From: a virus
Lineage: Duplodnaviria > Heunggongvirae > Uroviricota > Caudoviricetes
Virus record (IMG/VR): IMGVR_UViG_3300021600_000003
Location: 19,249-83,248 of that record
Direction: 5' to 3' (one strand)
Length of the DNA: 64,000 bases
The notes below the pieces were generated by a model that was given only the letters and a program-made list of their open reading frames with translations, did no database searches and was not told where the DNA came from. The position numbers and the translations under genes were made by a program. This document shows, in pieces, positions 56,844-64,000 of this stretch. Positions within the stretch are counted from its first letter, which is position 1; each line of letters opens with the position of its first letter.

Positions 56844-57640
56844 TTACTATAAATTGTTTCTAGCATTTCTATTACCTCTTTCTTTCTATATGGTAATTTT
56901 ATCTTATCTATCTTTAATACGATAGGTAATCCTTTTTTATCTAATACTGGTAAATTATCATTATTAGGATCTCTTTCTAATTGAATATGTTCTAATATAA
57001 TATCTCCCGGCTTAAGTAATCCTCTATTGGACTTCCATAGAAGATACATATATAGAGACATCTTAATTGAATAAATATTAGCATTACATTCCTCTAGATG
57101 AGAAAGTGGTGGTAATAACCTTGCTGGGTCTGTCCATTTTGATGAGAATGCCTTATAATCAATCTTGGCATCAGTCTTATAATCCCAGATATTTATCTTC
57201 TTATTAACTACAATTACTTTATCAGCTTGTCCACATATCATGTGATCTATATCATATATCATTAACTCTCTATACTCTGTATTATCTTGTAACTGATTAA
57301 TAGGAATTGAATGTTTATAATTATCTATTATAGGACAGAACTCAATATTACATTTAACATTATAGAAGTTTGGAGTGTCATGAGAATCCATTTCTCTTAA
57401 ACTATGATATTTGGTTCCGATAGATGATGCTATATCTCTCTTTCTTTCCCATTTAGCTAATACCTCTTGAGTGGTTGTTGGTTCTCCGAGTCTTGTTTTC
57501 TTTTTTGCTACCTTGGCAGCAATCTCATTCCAGTTAACTTTATTCTTAAAGCGTTCTGTAAATGCTGATACAGAGATTAATTCTCTGTTATCATCTAAAA
57601 TATACTGATGGCTCTCCTCTATAAACTTTACTTTATGCAT
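56840..57640 (-). CDS. PD-(D/E)XK family nuclease (RecB/Cas4-like), 266 aa
   Basis: MIYDIDHMICGQADKVIVVNKKINIWDYKTDAK fits the D...D-x-K core. Confidence 0.65.
   Translation of the reverse strand: MHKVKFIEESHQYILDDNRELISVSAFTERFKNKVNWNEIAAKVAKKKTRLGEPTTTQEVLAKWERKRDIASSIGTKYHSLREMDSHDTPNFYNVKCNIEFCPIIDNYKHSIPINQLQDNTEYRELMIYDIDHMICGQADKVIVVNKKINIWDYKTDAKIDYKAFSSKWTDPARLLPPLSHLEECNANIYSIKMSLYMYLLWKSNRGLLKPGDIILEHIQLERDPNNDNLPVLDKKGLPIVLKIDKIKLPYRKKEVIEMLETIYSK
57477..57490. repeat. exact 14-mer GTTGGTTCTCCGAG, copy c (inside the PD-(D/E)XK nuclease gene)
   Basis: Exact match. Encodes GEPTT, a third frame. Shares the extended GGTTGTTGGTTCTCCGAGT context with copy d. Confidence 0.8.
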
Positions 57641-57935
57641 ATGATTCTGCTGTAAACTCCAATTTAATTACTTGATTTCCATTCCATTGGACTTGTACAT
57701 TCTTTCTTTGTTGTCCTATTGTTCCCGGTGTGAATACTACATCTATTGTAGTACACTCTCCATCTGCCAACATTGCCTTTTTACATTCTGCTTTGGTGCA
57801 AGATGAACAACCTACCCAAAGTTTTGTTATCTGAACTGGTGTATTACCATCATTCTTTACAGTAAAGTTAAATGATGTTGGCTTTCCAAACTTGATTTTA
57901 CCTAAATCAATTGTTGCTGGTGATGCTACTAACAT
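57633..57935 (-). CDS. DUF1573-like beta-sandwich domain protein, 100 aa
   Basis: IDLGKIKFGKPTSFNFTVKNDGNTPVQITKLWVGCSSCT matches the Bacteroidota DUF1573 pattern. Confidence 0.5.
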   Translation of the reverse strand: MLVASPATIDLGKIKFGKPTSFNFTVKNDGNTPVQITKLWVGCSSCTKAECKKAMLADGECTTIDVVFTPGTIGQQRKNVQVQWNGNQVIKLEFTAESYA

Positions 57936-58269
57936 TTATATTATTGGTTTTTTTGTAAGTAATCCATGTGCTTTTATTCATCATCTCTGGATAACAGAAT
58001 GGTTCATTCTCACAACCCATGTCTGCCTTAGTCTTTCCCATTATCTCACAACCACATTGTATACAGTGTCCCTCAACCCAACATAGTGGAGATTTATCTT
58101 TAACTTGTTCTCTTCTCCACAATATTTGTTCTTTAATATATTTAGGTGTAGGAAGGATAGAACGCATCCAACTCTGGAATACAGCCCATATATGTTTCAA
58201 ATCTAACTTAGCTGGATTTAAAGCGGTCGTCTTCCCTGTCAATAGGTTGTAATAATACTTGAGTTTCAT
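57907..58269 (-). CDS. hypothetical Cys-rich protein, 120 aa
   Basis: ORF track entry. CWVEGHCIQCGCEIMGKTKADMGCENEPFC. Confidence 0.4.
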   Translation of the reverse strand: MKLKYYYNLLTGKTTALNPAKLDLKHIWAVFQSWMRSILPTPKYIKEQILWRREQVKDKSPLCWVEGHCIQCGCEIMGKTKADMGCENEPFCYPEMMNKSTWITYKKTNNINVSSITSNN

Positions 58270-58630
58270 AACGTTTTTCTCTTACTTGTTTTTTAATATT
58301 CAAATACTTATCGTATTCTAATAATCTCTCTTGAAAGTTAAGATATTGCAGGTGCTTATCTAGATAGGCAGCATAAGCCATATTTGAGGGAAACTCATCT
58401 CTGTGTCTTATTAAAGCTCTATCTGTCCACTCATTTACCACAATCTCTAACCTCTTCTTTCTTAAATGCCAAGAACCTACTCCTTTGAGCTTTAAGATTA
58501 GGGAGGTAGGTTCTTTTAACATTCTTGCAGTTTCACGAAATATAAATGAGCCAATGTCTTTATATAACTGCTCACTTTGTTCGTTTTTTTCTGCTAATTC
58601 TTTGTATATATCTAGATGACTAGTTTGCAT
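58208..58630 (-). CDS. hypothetical protein, ~140 aa; start moved to the internal Met so it does not overlap the upstream gene
   Basis: ORF track entry 58208..58729. Met34 (ATG at 58630-58628) lies 5 nt after the upstream gene's TAG stop. Confidence 0.4.
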   Translation of the reverse strand: MQTSHLDIYKELAEKNEQSEQLYKDIGSFIFRETARMLKEPTSLILKLKGVGSWHLRKKRLEIVVNEWTDRALIRHRDEFPSNMAYAAYLDKHLQYLNFQERLLEYDKYLNIKKQVREKRYETQVLLQPIDREDDRFKSS

Positions 58631-58988
58631 GAGTAATAGTATGTTGTAATAGCAATCTATCAAACTGTACAACGGGTATATATTTAGTTGATACTGAAAG
58701 AGATGTATTACGTGGTTTCTCAAAAACACCTAAGTTAGTATACTTAGAGAGAGTATTACGTATTGATTGTCTACTCTTCTTGTATTTCTTATCTAAACAT
58801 ATATCAAAGAACTCATCCTGTTTCTGAGTATTGGAGTATCCTCCAAATGTATATAGTTCTATGACTATATTTATATCGTTCTCATATGGTTGTATACCGT
58901 ACTGCAGGAATTTCAAGTACAAATGTACTCGAAGCACGTCCTTTTTATCAGGCAAGAGAACTTTATCTAGAAATGATTTGATTACCAT
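58620..58988 (-). CDS. hypothetical protein, 122 aa
   Basis: ORF track entry. Promoter-like TTTGGAAAGTTAA element upstream. Confidence 0.45.
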   Translation of the reverse strand: MVIKSFLDKVLLPDKKDVLRVHLYLKFLQYGIQPYENDINIVIELYTFGGYSNTQKQDEFFDICLDKKYKKSRQSIRNTLSKYTNLGVFEKPRNTSLSVSTKYIPVVQFDRLLLQHTITHAN

Positions 58989-59071
58989 AGTTGGTTTTAT
59001 AGTATATAATACGAAAAATAAATTAACTTTCCAAATTTATTTTATAAATTAACTTGGAAAGTTAAAATAAC

Positions 59072-59443
59072 TTATACAGGTATTCTTAATAGTTCAGCTT
59101 TGTTTTCTAGTAATACATTTAAGTCTCTAAGCTTATGTATATCTAACCCACTATCAGTAAGCATCTTCTCATTCCAAGTAATAACTGTTTGAGATTGTCC
59201 TCTTGTTGTGAAGTCTTCAAACTCAAATGGACAAATAGATGCAGGAATATGTAAAATTCTGTTAATTAAATCTTTACGATATTGCTTAAAGAACTCACCA
59301 TAATCTATTTTCTCTGACTGTCCTAATTGAACAGTCAGTTTTTTATCATGATCAATGACGGTAAACTGTTTACGCATACCGTCATTGTCTGTATAAGCAC
59401 CACCATGATTACCAACATGTTGTGATTTTTTATCTACTGCCAT
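59072..59443 (-). CDS. hypothetical protein, 123 aa
   Basis: ORF track entry. Confidence 0.45.
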   Translation of the reverse strand: MAVDKKSQHVGNHGGAYTDNDGMRKQFTVIDHDKKLTVQLGQSEKIDYGEFFKQYRKDLINRILHIPASICPFEFEDFTTRGQSQTVITWNEKMLTDSGLDIHKLRDLNVLLENKAELLRIPV

Positions 59444-59811
59444 TAGTTTGATGTTTGTGTTTTCATATTGTCCATACTGATAATAGGAGTAGTTACAAAA
59501 TCTGTCTTAGGTGTAATATCTACTTCTTCTATATTAAGAGTACCATCACCTTTGTCATTAATCTCTCCTAACTCTTGCTGCATTTTCTTCATAAACTCTT
59601 CATACTCAGCCTTTTCTTTTGCAATATGTTCATTTAAACGTGTCTTGTACTCTTTATAAAGAGGTTCCAACTTTTCTGCTTCCATAGAGTAATACATCTT
59701 TTCATAGTAAGCTTTCCATGAACGAGCAGACAATTCTTGTTCTACTACTTGTGTTCTCATTTCTTCCATTTGTTTTGTGTCTACATTCATTACACCATTT
59801 GTCTTTGCCAT
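59443..59811 (-). CDS. hypothetical coiled-coil protein, 122 aa
   Basis: ORF track entry. Lys/Glu-rich helical sequence. Confidence 0.45.
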   Translation of the reverse strand: MAKTNGVMNVDTKQMEEMRTQVVEQELSARSWKAYYEKMYYSMEAEKLEPLYKEYKTRLNEHIAKEKAEYEEFMKKMQQELGEINDKGDGTLNIEEVDITPKTDFVTTPIISMDNMKTQTSN

Positions 59812-59828
59812 TGTTATTGTTTTTATTA

Positions 59829-60371
59829 TTAATAATCCCAGTTAGGGTTGTTTAAGTTTTCCCATGCAAATACTAATCCTTTATCACTATCAAACTTCTC
59901 TGTATAAAAATCAGGAGTAAATATACTATCACTCTTGAGATAAAGAGATGCAAATCTGTATTGGGATGAATCTAGGATATTTCGTATTGCAGTTTTTACT
60001 TTATGAAAATTCTTTCCTCTTAAGGTACCACTATCTATAAAGAGATACTTATCTTTTTTCTCTATATACTTAGTTATCCATCCAGCAAGATACTTATCAA
60101 AGTGTCTATATTCTCTATCCAATGTATCCCAAACCTGAGACATTGTTGGATAGGGCATTGGTAAATCTATTACCTCAAATAACTCATTATTGTTTAAGAA
60201 GGATATACGATGATTTACTATCTGAGTTAAATAAGAAGAATAATCTGGTGAACAGTTTATAATAGTAATATCAGAATTTACCCATCCACTATCTATAATC
60301 TTATTAGCTAAGATAGAAATATCCTCTATCTCTTTCTTGTAACTTATATAAAAGTAGTTATTTTTCTCCAT
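59829..60371 (-). CDS. hypothetical protein, 180 aa
   Basis: ORF track entry. Confidence 0.5.
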   Translation of the reverse strand: MEKNNYFYISYKKEIEDISILANKIIDSGWVNSDITIINCSPDYSSYLTQIVNHRISFLNNNELFEVIDLPMPYPTMSQVWDTLDREYRHFDKYLAGWITKYIEKKDKYLFIDSGTLRGKNFHKVKTAIRNILDSSQYRFASLYLKSDSIFTPDFYTEKFDSDKGLVFAWENLNNPNWDY

Positions 60372-60774
60372 TTGTTAATTTCTCATAATCATCTATAGAT
60401 AATGTTTTGATTTTGAGTACCTTCTCTTCTTTTGGTGGAAATAAAGTCTCATACTTTTTTGCAAACTCCTGCAATTCATCCTTAAACTTCTTCCTTGACC
60501 AAGGAACTAGAAGCTGTCCAACATTAGCAAAGCGTACTATACAAGCATCAAACTTTTTGTTTAATGCTTTATCTAGTGAGTCTCTAGTTGGTAACCATCT
60601 ATCTTCCATTCCAATTACATCCCAATAGGGATACTCAGCCACTCCGAATATAACATCATAATCTTCCTCAGATTCTGATGGTAAAGTTCCTAGGCGTTCT
60701 TTTTCCTGATTTTTTCTTTCCTCATTATCACCATCTACCATGACAATTGGGAACTTAAATAGTTGTTCTAGCAT
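60358..60774 (-). CDS. hypothetical protein, 138 aa
   Basis: ORF track entry. Confidence 0.45.
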   Translation of the reverse strand: MLEQLFKFPIVMVDGDNEERKNQEKERLGTLPSESEEDYDVIFGVAEYPYWDVIGMEDRWLPTRDSLDKALNKKFDACIVRFANVGQLLVPWSRKKFKDELQEFAKKYETLFPPKEEKVLKIKTLSIDDYEKLTNGEK

Positions 60775-60777
60775 ATA

Positions 60778-61428
60778 TTATTTACCAATGTGTATTTTTT
60801 GAAAGTAACCCACCTTGGCTTGTGGTTTACCTGTTATAAAATTATATCCAACTCCTAACTGGAGAATATTTTCCTTCTTATTCTTTAGCAGTAATCCTAA
60901 ATCAAAAGTCATATCTGGACCAGTAACCGTTCCACCAACAAACCATTGGTTCTTAATAGGTGCATATATGGTATTAGTAATAGTAGTTGTAGTATGAGGG
61001 AAGTATAGTTGATAGGAAGACTTAGTCTCTTTAAGAGTATTCTCTGATACTGTCTGGTCTAAATTAACTACTCCTACTCTATTTCCAGCTGTATCCTTTA
61101 GAGTAATAGAATCTGAATACCTCTTAAGTGATAGAAACTTAGTCACTAACTCTTGATACTGAGTAGTTAGTTTAGCTATATCAGCTGAGGCATTATATTG
61201 CTGAGGTATAGTAATAGGTAAAATTGTCTGACCTTGTTGCTGTGGTTGGTAAGGAGGATTAATCACAATAGGTTGAAGGGTCTGAACAGTATGTGTAGTT
61301 GTATCATGAGTATTCTGAGGAGCATTTGTATTATGTCCACATCCACCAAACCAAAATATAAGGAAGGCTACTCCTATAAGGATAACTCCAATATTATGCT
61401 TTAAGATATCTATTAAGTGTTGTTTCAT
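60778..61428 (-). CDS. putative membrane-anchored or lipoprotein, 216 aa
   Basis: N-terminal hydrophobic segment ILIGVAFLIFWFGGCGH, followed by a Thr/Gln-rich region. Confidence 0.5.
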   Translation of the reverse strand: MKQHLIDILKHNIGVILIGVAFLIFWFGGCGHNTNAPQNTHDTTTHTVQTLQPIVINPPYQPQQQGQTILPITIPQQYNASADIAKLTTQYQELVTKFLSLKRYSDSITLKDTAGNRVGVVNLDQTVSENTLKETKSSYQLYFPHTTTTITNTIYAPIKNQWFVGGTVTGPDMTFDLGLLLKNKKENILQLGVGYNFITGKPQAKVGYFQKIHIGK

Positions 61429-61682
61429 TAAAGTATTGTTTCGTCTGAAAATCTGTGTGTCTTAATAACTCTTCCTGATCCATCTAGTAGTCCTAACCAA
61501 TCTCCAACTTCAAGACGTTTAAGATATACATCATTATTCGTAATAATCTTAAGATGTGAATTATCGATATCAAGAGTAATAACAATCTCTTCAAGATAGG
61601 GAAATCCTTTCTCTATAGTAGTACCATCATGAGAGATATACTTTTTAATCTTCATCTTCTTTAATTTGAATACTTTTAACAA
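61428..61682 (-). CDS. hypothetical protein, 84 aa
   Basis: ORF track entry. Confidence 0.35.
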   Translation of the reverse strand: MLKVFKLKKMKIKKYISHDGTTIEKGFPYLEEIVITLDIDNSHLKIITNNDVYLKRLEVGDWLGLLDGSGRVIKTHRFSDETIL

Positions 61683-61845
61683 AAACTATATTCTTCCCCT
61701 CATATATCTGAATCTCAATAAGATTCCTTATAGCAAGTGTATTAAGCTTATGTCCAACTGTAAGGGAAGATACATTTGGGATATAATAGGCTCTCCATCC
61801 TTGGTGCTGAAGATCCCTTGTTAACTCTTTGAATGTCATATGCAA
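61645..61845 (-). CDS. hypothetical protein, 66 aa; first gene of the minus-strand block
   Basis: ORF track entry. Confidence 0.3.
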   Translation of the reverse strand: MHMTFKELTRDLQHQGWRAYYIPNVSSLTVGHKLNTLAIRNLIEIQIYEGKNIVFVKSIQIKEDED

Positions 61846-62100
61846 ATATATAGTATTTATACATGTTCTTCCAAATATTTACCATTCTTTTAACATTTCT
61901 TTAACATATATATATAATTTATAATTTTTATATTTTTTATATTTTTTAAAATTTTTCTAAAACAGAATGTTGGAGAGGATATATGAAAATGATACCCCAT
62001 GAAGAAAACCATCTGCCTCCTACCCCCTATGTTTATTTTAAGCAAGTGAATTTCTGAGGAAGGTATTAACAAAGTATTTTTTAACCAAATATATAAAACA
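61846..62100. promoter_or_regulatory. AT-rich divergent intergenic region where transcription switches from minus to plus
   Basis: No long ORF. Runs of tttttatattttttaaaatttttc. Minus-strand genes lie to the left and plus-strand genes to the right. Confidence 0.5.
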
Positions 62101-62328
62101 ATGAAAGCTTTACGCATTCTGTTCATTCTCGTTGGGATAATGGGAATAACAACAACATCTCTCATGCTCGTTGACATCTGGCATGGCAGGGTACAACATT
62201 TAAGGATGTCTCCTGAATACCATGCTAATACCGATTGGGGAGCAATTACAATCCTCATCATGATGTTCTGCATGTCAACATTCATGGTAGTGTTCACCTA
62301 TTTCTTAACCAAAAACAATAAGTCATGA
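62101..62328 (+). CDS. small membrane protein, 75 aa (two predicted TM helices)
   Basis: ILFILVGIMGITTTSLMLV and ITILIMMFCMSTFMVVFTYFL hydrophobic segments. First gene of the plus-strand block. Confidence 0.4.
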   Translation: MKALRILFILVGIMGITTTSLMLVDIWHGRVQHLRMSPEYHANTDWGAITILIMMFCMSTFMVVFTYFLTKNNKS

Positions 62329-62621
62329 AGACAATTCAAACAGGCTGTATTCAAACAGTCTTATCTCAATCAGGCAAGCTGGAGTGTTACAAATGTACAT
62401 TTCCTGTTCCTGAAGATGTAGCATGTGCATTGCAATTCGTTGATATGCAGCACATTAGAAACAAATGGTATTATGTTCGAACATCTATGGACTTCGAACA
62501 ATTGTGGTATTGGGTTAATCTAATGCAAGTAACAGTCAATGATTACAAAGTTACTATCTATGAGCAGAAGAAGAACATTGCTTTATTTAAATGTGTCACT
62601 TATAAAACAAACATATTATGA
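62325..62621 (+). CDS. hypothetical protein, 98 aa
   Basis: ORF track entry. ATGA overlap with the preceding gene. Confidence 0.4.
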   Translation: MKTIQTGCIQTVLSQSGKLECYKCTFPVPEDVACALQFVDMQHIRNKWYYVRTSMDFEQLWYWVNLMQVTVNDYKVTIYEQKKNIALFKCVTYKTNIL

Positions 62622-62760
62622 ACACAATCTCAGACAAAGTGTTTAACTGGTTATACGAACAAATCAAACCAGTAAGGCAAGGTATTCTTGTTGTCATTCC
62701 AACAGGCAAGTTGTTGGACAAATTGTTATTACAATGGTACGAAGGTACAGGTAATGACTA

Positions 62761-62804
62761 AGCCAAGGAGGAGTTTATGCAGGGTTCGATTCCCTGCTTG
62801 GCTC
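62761..62804 (+). other. tRNA-like minihelix 1 (acceptor stem plus T-arm, no D or anticodon arms)
   Basis: agccaag-(13 nt)-caggg-ttcgatt-ccctg-cttggct-c. Perfect 7-bp acceptor pairing and a canonical T-loop. Confidence 0.55.
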
Positions 62805-62838
62805 GAAAGGGACACAAAAAACCCTTATTTATTATATT

Positions 62839-63057
62839 ATGCAAATCGTAGGTTATCAACTAAATGTACTTGGACGTACAATGGTTGTAAAACAGAAACC
62901 CACTAATGAAGTGGTTAAATTCATCTCTAAAGAGCAATTTGATAAAGGAGTTAATTCTCTTGAGTCAAGATTCCTTGTAACTGAAGGATTACCATTGCTT
63001 GATGGAAATATTATACAGGTATTTTATATTAAATCATCTAAAAAGAAAACATCATGA
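62839..63057 (+). CDS. hypothetical protein, 72 aa
   Basis: ORF track entry. Confidence 0.4.
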   Translation: MQIVGYQLNVLGRTMVVKQKPTNEVVKFISKEQFDKGVNSLESRFLVTEGLPLLDGNIIQVFYIKSSKKKTS

Positions 63058-63344
63058 AAGAAGTATTTAAAGCAGCACTGAGAGAACTGCTAATAAAACT
63101 CAGATTGGAAAAGAATCCAATACCATCAACAGTTGATGAAGACGGAGAAATTGATGACGATAAATATCAATCAGCTCTAGAAGTACAATGGGACAATGAA
63201 GATAATAACATCTATGAGAGAATAGATAGGGTTAGAGAATTACTTAAGGATGATGATTGGGTTGATGATGATGAATGGCTTACAGATGCATTTAAGATTC
63301 TTACTGAAGAGGGTTATAAATTCACAATATCTAAAACATTCTAA
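63054..63344 (+). CDS. hypothetical acidic protein, 96 aa
   Basis: ORF track entry. Asp/Glu-rich. Confidence 0.45.
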   Translation: MKEVFKAALRELLIKLRLEKNPIPSTVDEDGEIDDDKYQSALEVQWDNEDNNIYERIDRVRELLKDDDWVDDDEWLTDAFKILTEEGYKFTISKTF

Positions 63345-63348
63345 ATTA

Positions 63349-63395
63349 AGCCAAGGTAGGAGTGTAGGTTGGGGTTCGATTCCTCAGCTTGGCTA
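63349..63395 (+). other. tRNA-like minihelix 2, paralogous to minihelix 1
   Basis: agccaag-(14 nt)-ttgggg-ttcgatt-cctcag-cttggct-a. Shares agccaagg, aggag, ggttcgattcc and gcttggct with element 1. Confidence 0.55.
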
Positions 63396-63435
63396 TAAAC
63401 TTCTGGGAGGAGTTATAAAACCCACAACTATTACA

Positions 63436-64000
63436 ATGAAATATCTATTAATTCAAAACAAAGGAGAAATTATCCCACAAGACATTATCTTGATGGGCTC
63501 ATCGACCAAGCGTGGTGCAACTGATAAGATTGGTCAGTTTGGTAGTGGTAGTAAATATGCTCTTGCATGGCTGCTACGTAATGATTGTCAACCAGCTATA
63601 TATGCTGGTGTCAATGAAATCCCTATTGAGAAGAGGATGACTGAGCATCGTGGTATTCCACGGGATGTCATCTATGTAAATGGTGAGAATACCAATATCA
63701 CTACTGAATTGGGATTGAAATGGACAGCATGGATGGCATTACGAGAACTCATTAGTAATGCTATTGATGAGAGTGATGAAGTGGTGGAAACAATACAGAC
63801 TCACAATATTAAGGATTATACTAAGGATGGTATAACCTCAATATTTATCCCAATCATTGATAGTATCAAAGAGGTAATGGATAACTATGAGTATTACTTT
63901 GCTTTCGAGAGAGTACCTGATTGGATTGGTGAGAAGGGTATGTTATACTTAAAGACTGAGCAAAGTGAGATAAACATCTATCGTAAAGGTATTCGTTGTC
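63436..64000 (+). CDS. hypothetical protein, truncated by the window edge (at least 188 aa)
   Basis: ATG at 63436 with the frame open to 64000 (own translation MKYLLIQNKGEIIPQDIILMGSSTKRGATDKIGQFGSGSKYALAWLL...RELISNAIDE...). Confidence 0.5.
   Translation, partial: MKYLLIQNKGEIIPQDIILMGSSTKRGATDKIGQFGSGSKYALAWLLRNDCQPAIYAGVNEIPIEKRMTEHRGIPRDVIYVNGENTNITTELGLKWTAWMALRELISNAIDESDEVVETIQTHNIKDYTKDGITSIFIPIIDSIKEVMDNYEYYFAFERVPDWIGEKGMLYLKTEQSEINIYRKGIRC

Noticed and set aside
59829-60371. Phosphoribosyltransferase-like motif YLFIDSGTLRG in the 180-aa protein
   Set aside because: The second acidic position is Ser and the downstream xxxTGxT portion does not match. Too weak to call.
61890-62297. 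135-aa minus-strand ORF spanning the divergent region
   Set aside because: It overlaps the plus-strand 75-aa membrane-protein ORF and the AT-rich promoter region. It would extend the minus block past the clear strand switch. Its translation is low-complexity.
63436-64000. GHKL/Hsp90-type ATPase N-box (RELISNAIDE) in the right-edge partial ORF
   Set aside because: The Gly-rich GQFGSGSK segment precedes rather than follows the putative N-box, and no DxGxG box follows. The motif order is inconsistent with the Bergerat fold, so this is probably coincidental.
1-64000. CRISPR arrays, integrase/att sites, transposases
   Set aside because: No direct-repeat/spacer periodicity and no integrase- or transposase-like ORF were seen. 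The only tRNA-derived repeats are the two minihelices, which carry both acceptor strands and so do not look like att cores.

Overview
This window is almost entirely the minus-strand structural/late module of a large AT-rich double-stranded DNA phage, most likely a crAss-like podovirus of Bacteroidota. Reading right to left, the module (61.8 kb down to 1) contains small genes including a PD-(D/E)XK nuclease, a large terminase (760 aa), a putative portal (929 aa), a scaffold-like protein (402 aa) and a probable major capsid protein (569 aa). These are followed by further structural and tail-fibre genes, including a paralogous 567/456-aa pair, and then an HNH endonuclease. Next comes an array of 12 tRNA genes split into two blocks by a second HNH gene and small ORFs, then a DEDDy exonuclease. 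The module ends with a run of giant ORFs of 1570, 764, 936, 683, 854, 1689 and 3156 aa plus a gene of at least 746 aa truncated at the left edge; these resemble the tail and virion-packaged ejection proteins of crAss-like phages. At about 61.85-62.1 kb transcription switches to plus-strand small (early-type) genes. The strongest unexplained signals are: (i) an exact 14-mer, GTTGGTTCTCCGAG, present four times and sitting in three different reading frames of the terminase and nuclease genes plus one intergenic copy; (ii) two copies of a tRNA-like minihelix (acceptor stem plus T-arm only) punctuating the plus-strand genes; (iii) two near-identical canonical Bacteroides-type promoters (TTTG-N20-TATATTTG), each followed by a leaderless 21-23-codon micro-ORF and an intrinsic terminator, next to the tRNA/HNH region; and (iv) a RecB/Cas4-like PD-(D/E)XK motif inside the 3156-aa giant protein, with no DxDGD RNA-polymerase motif detectable in any giant ORF. 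Every call comes from reading the sequence and the ORF track by eye; no searches were run.
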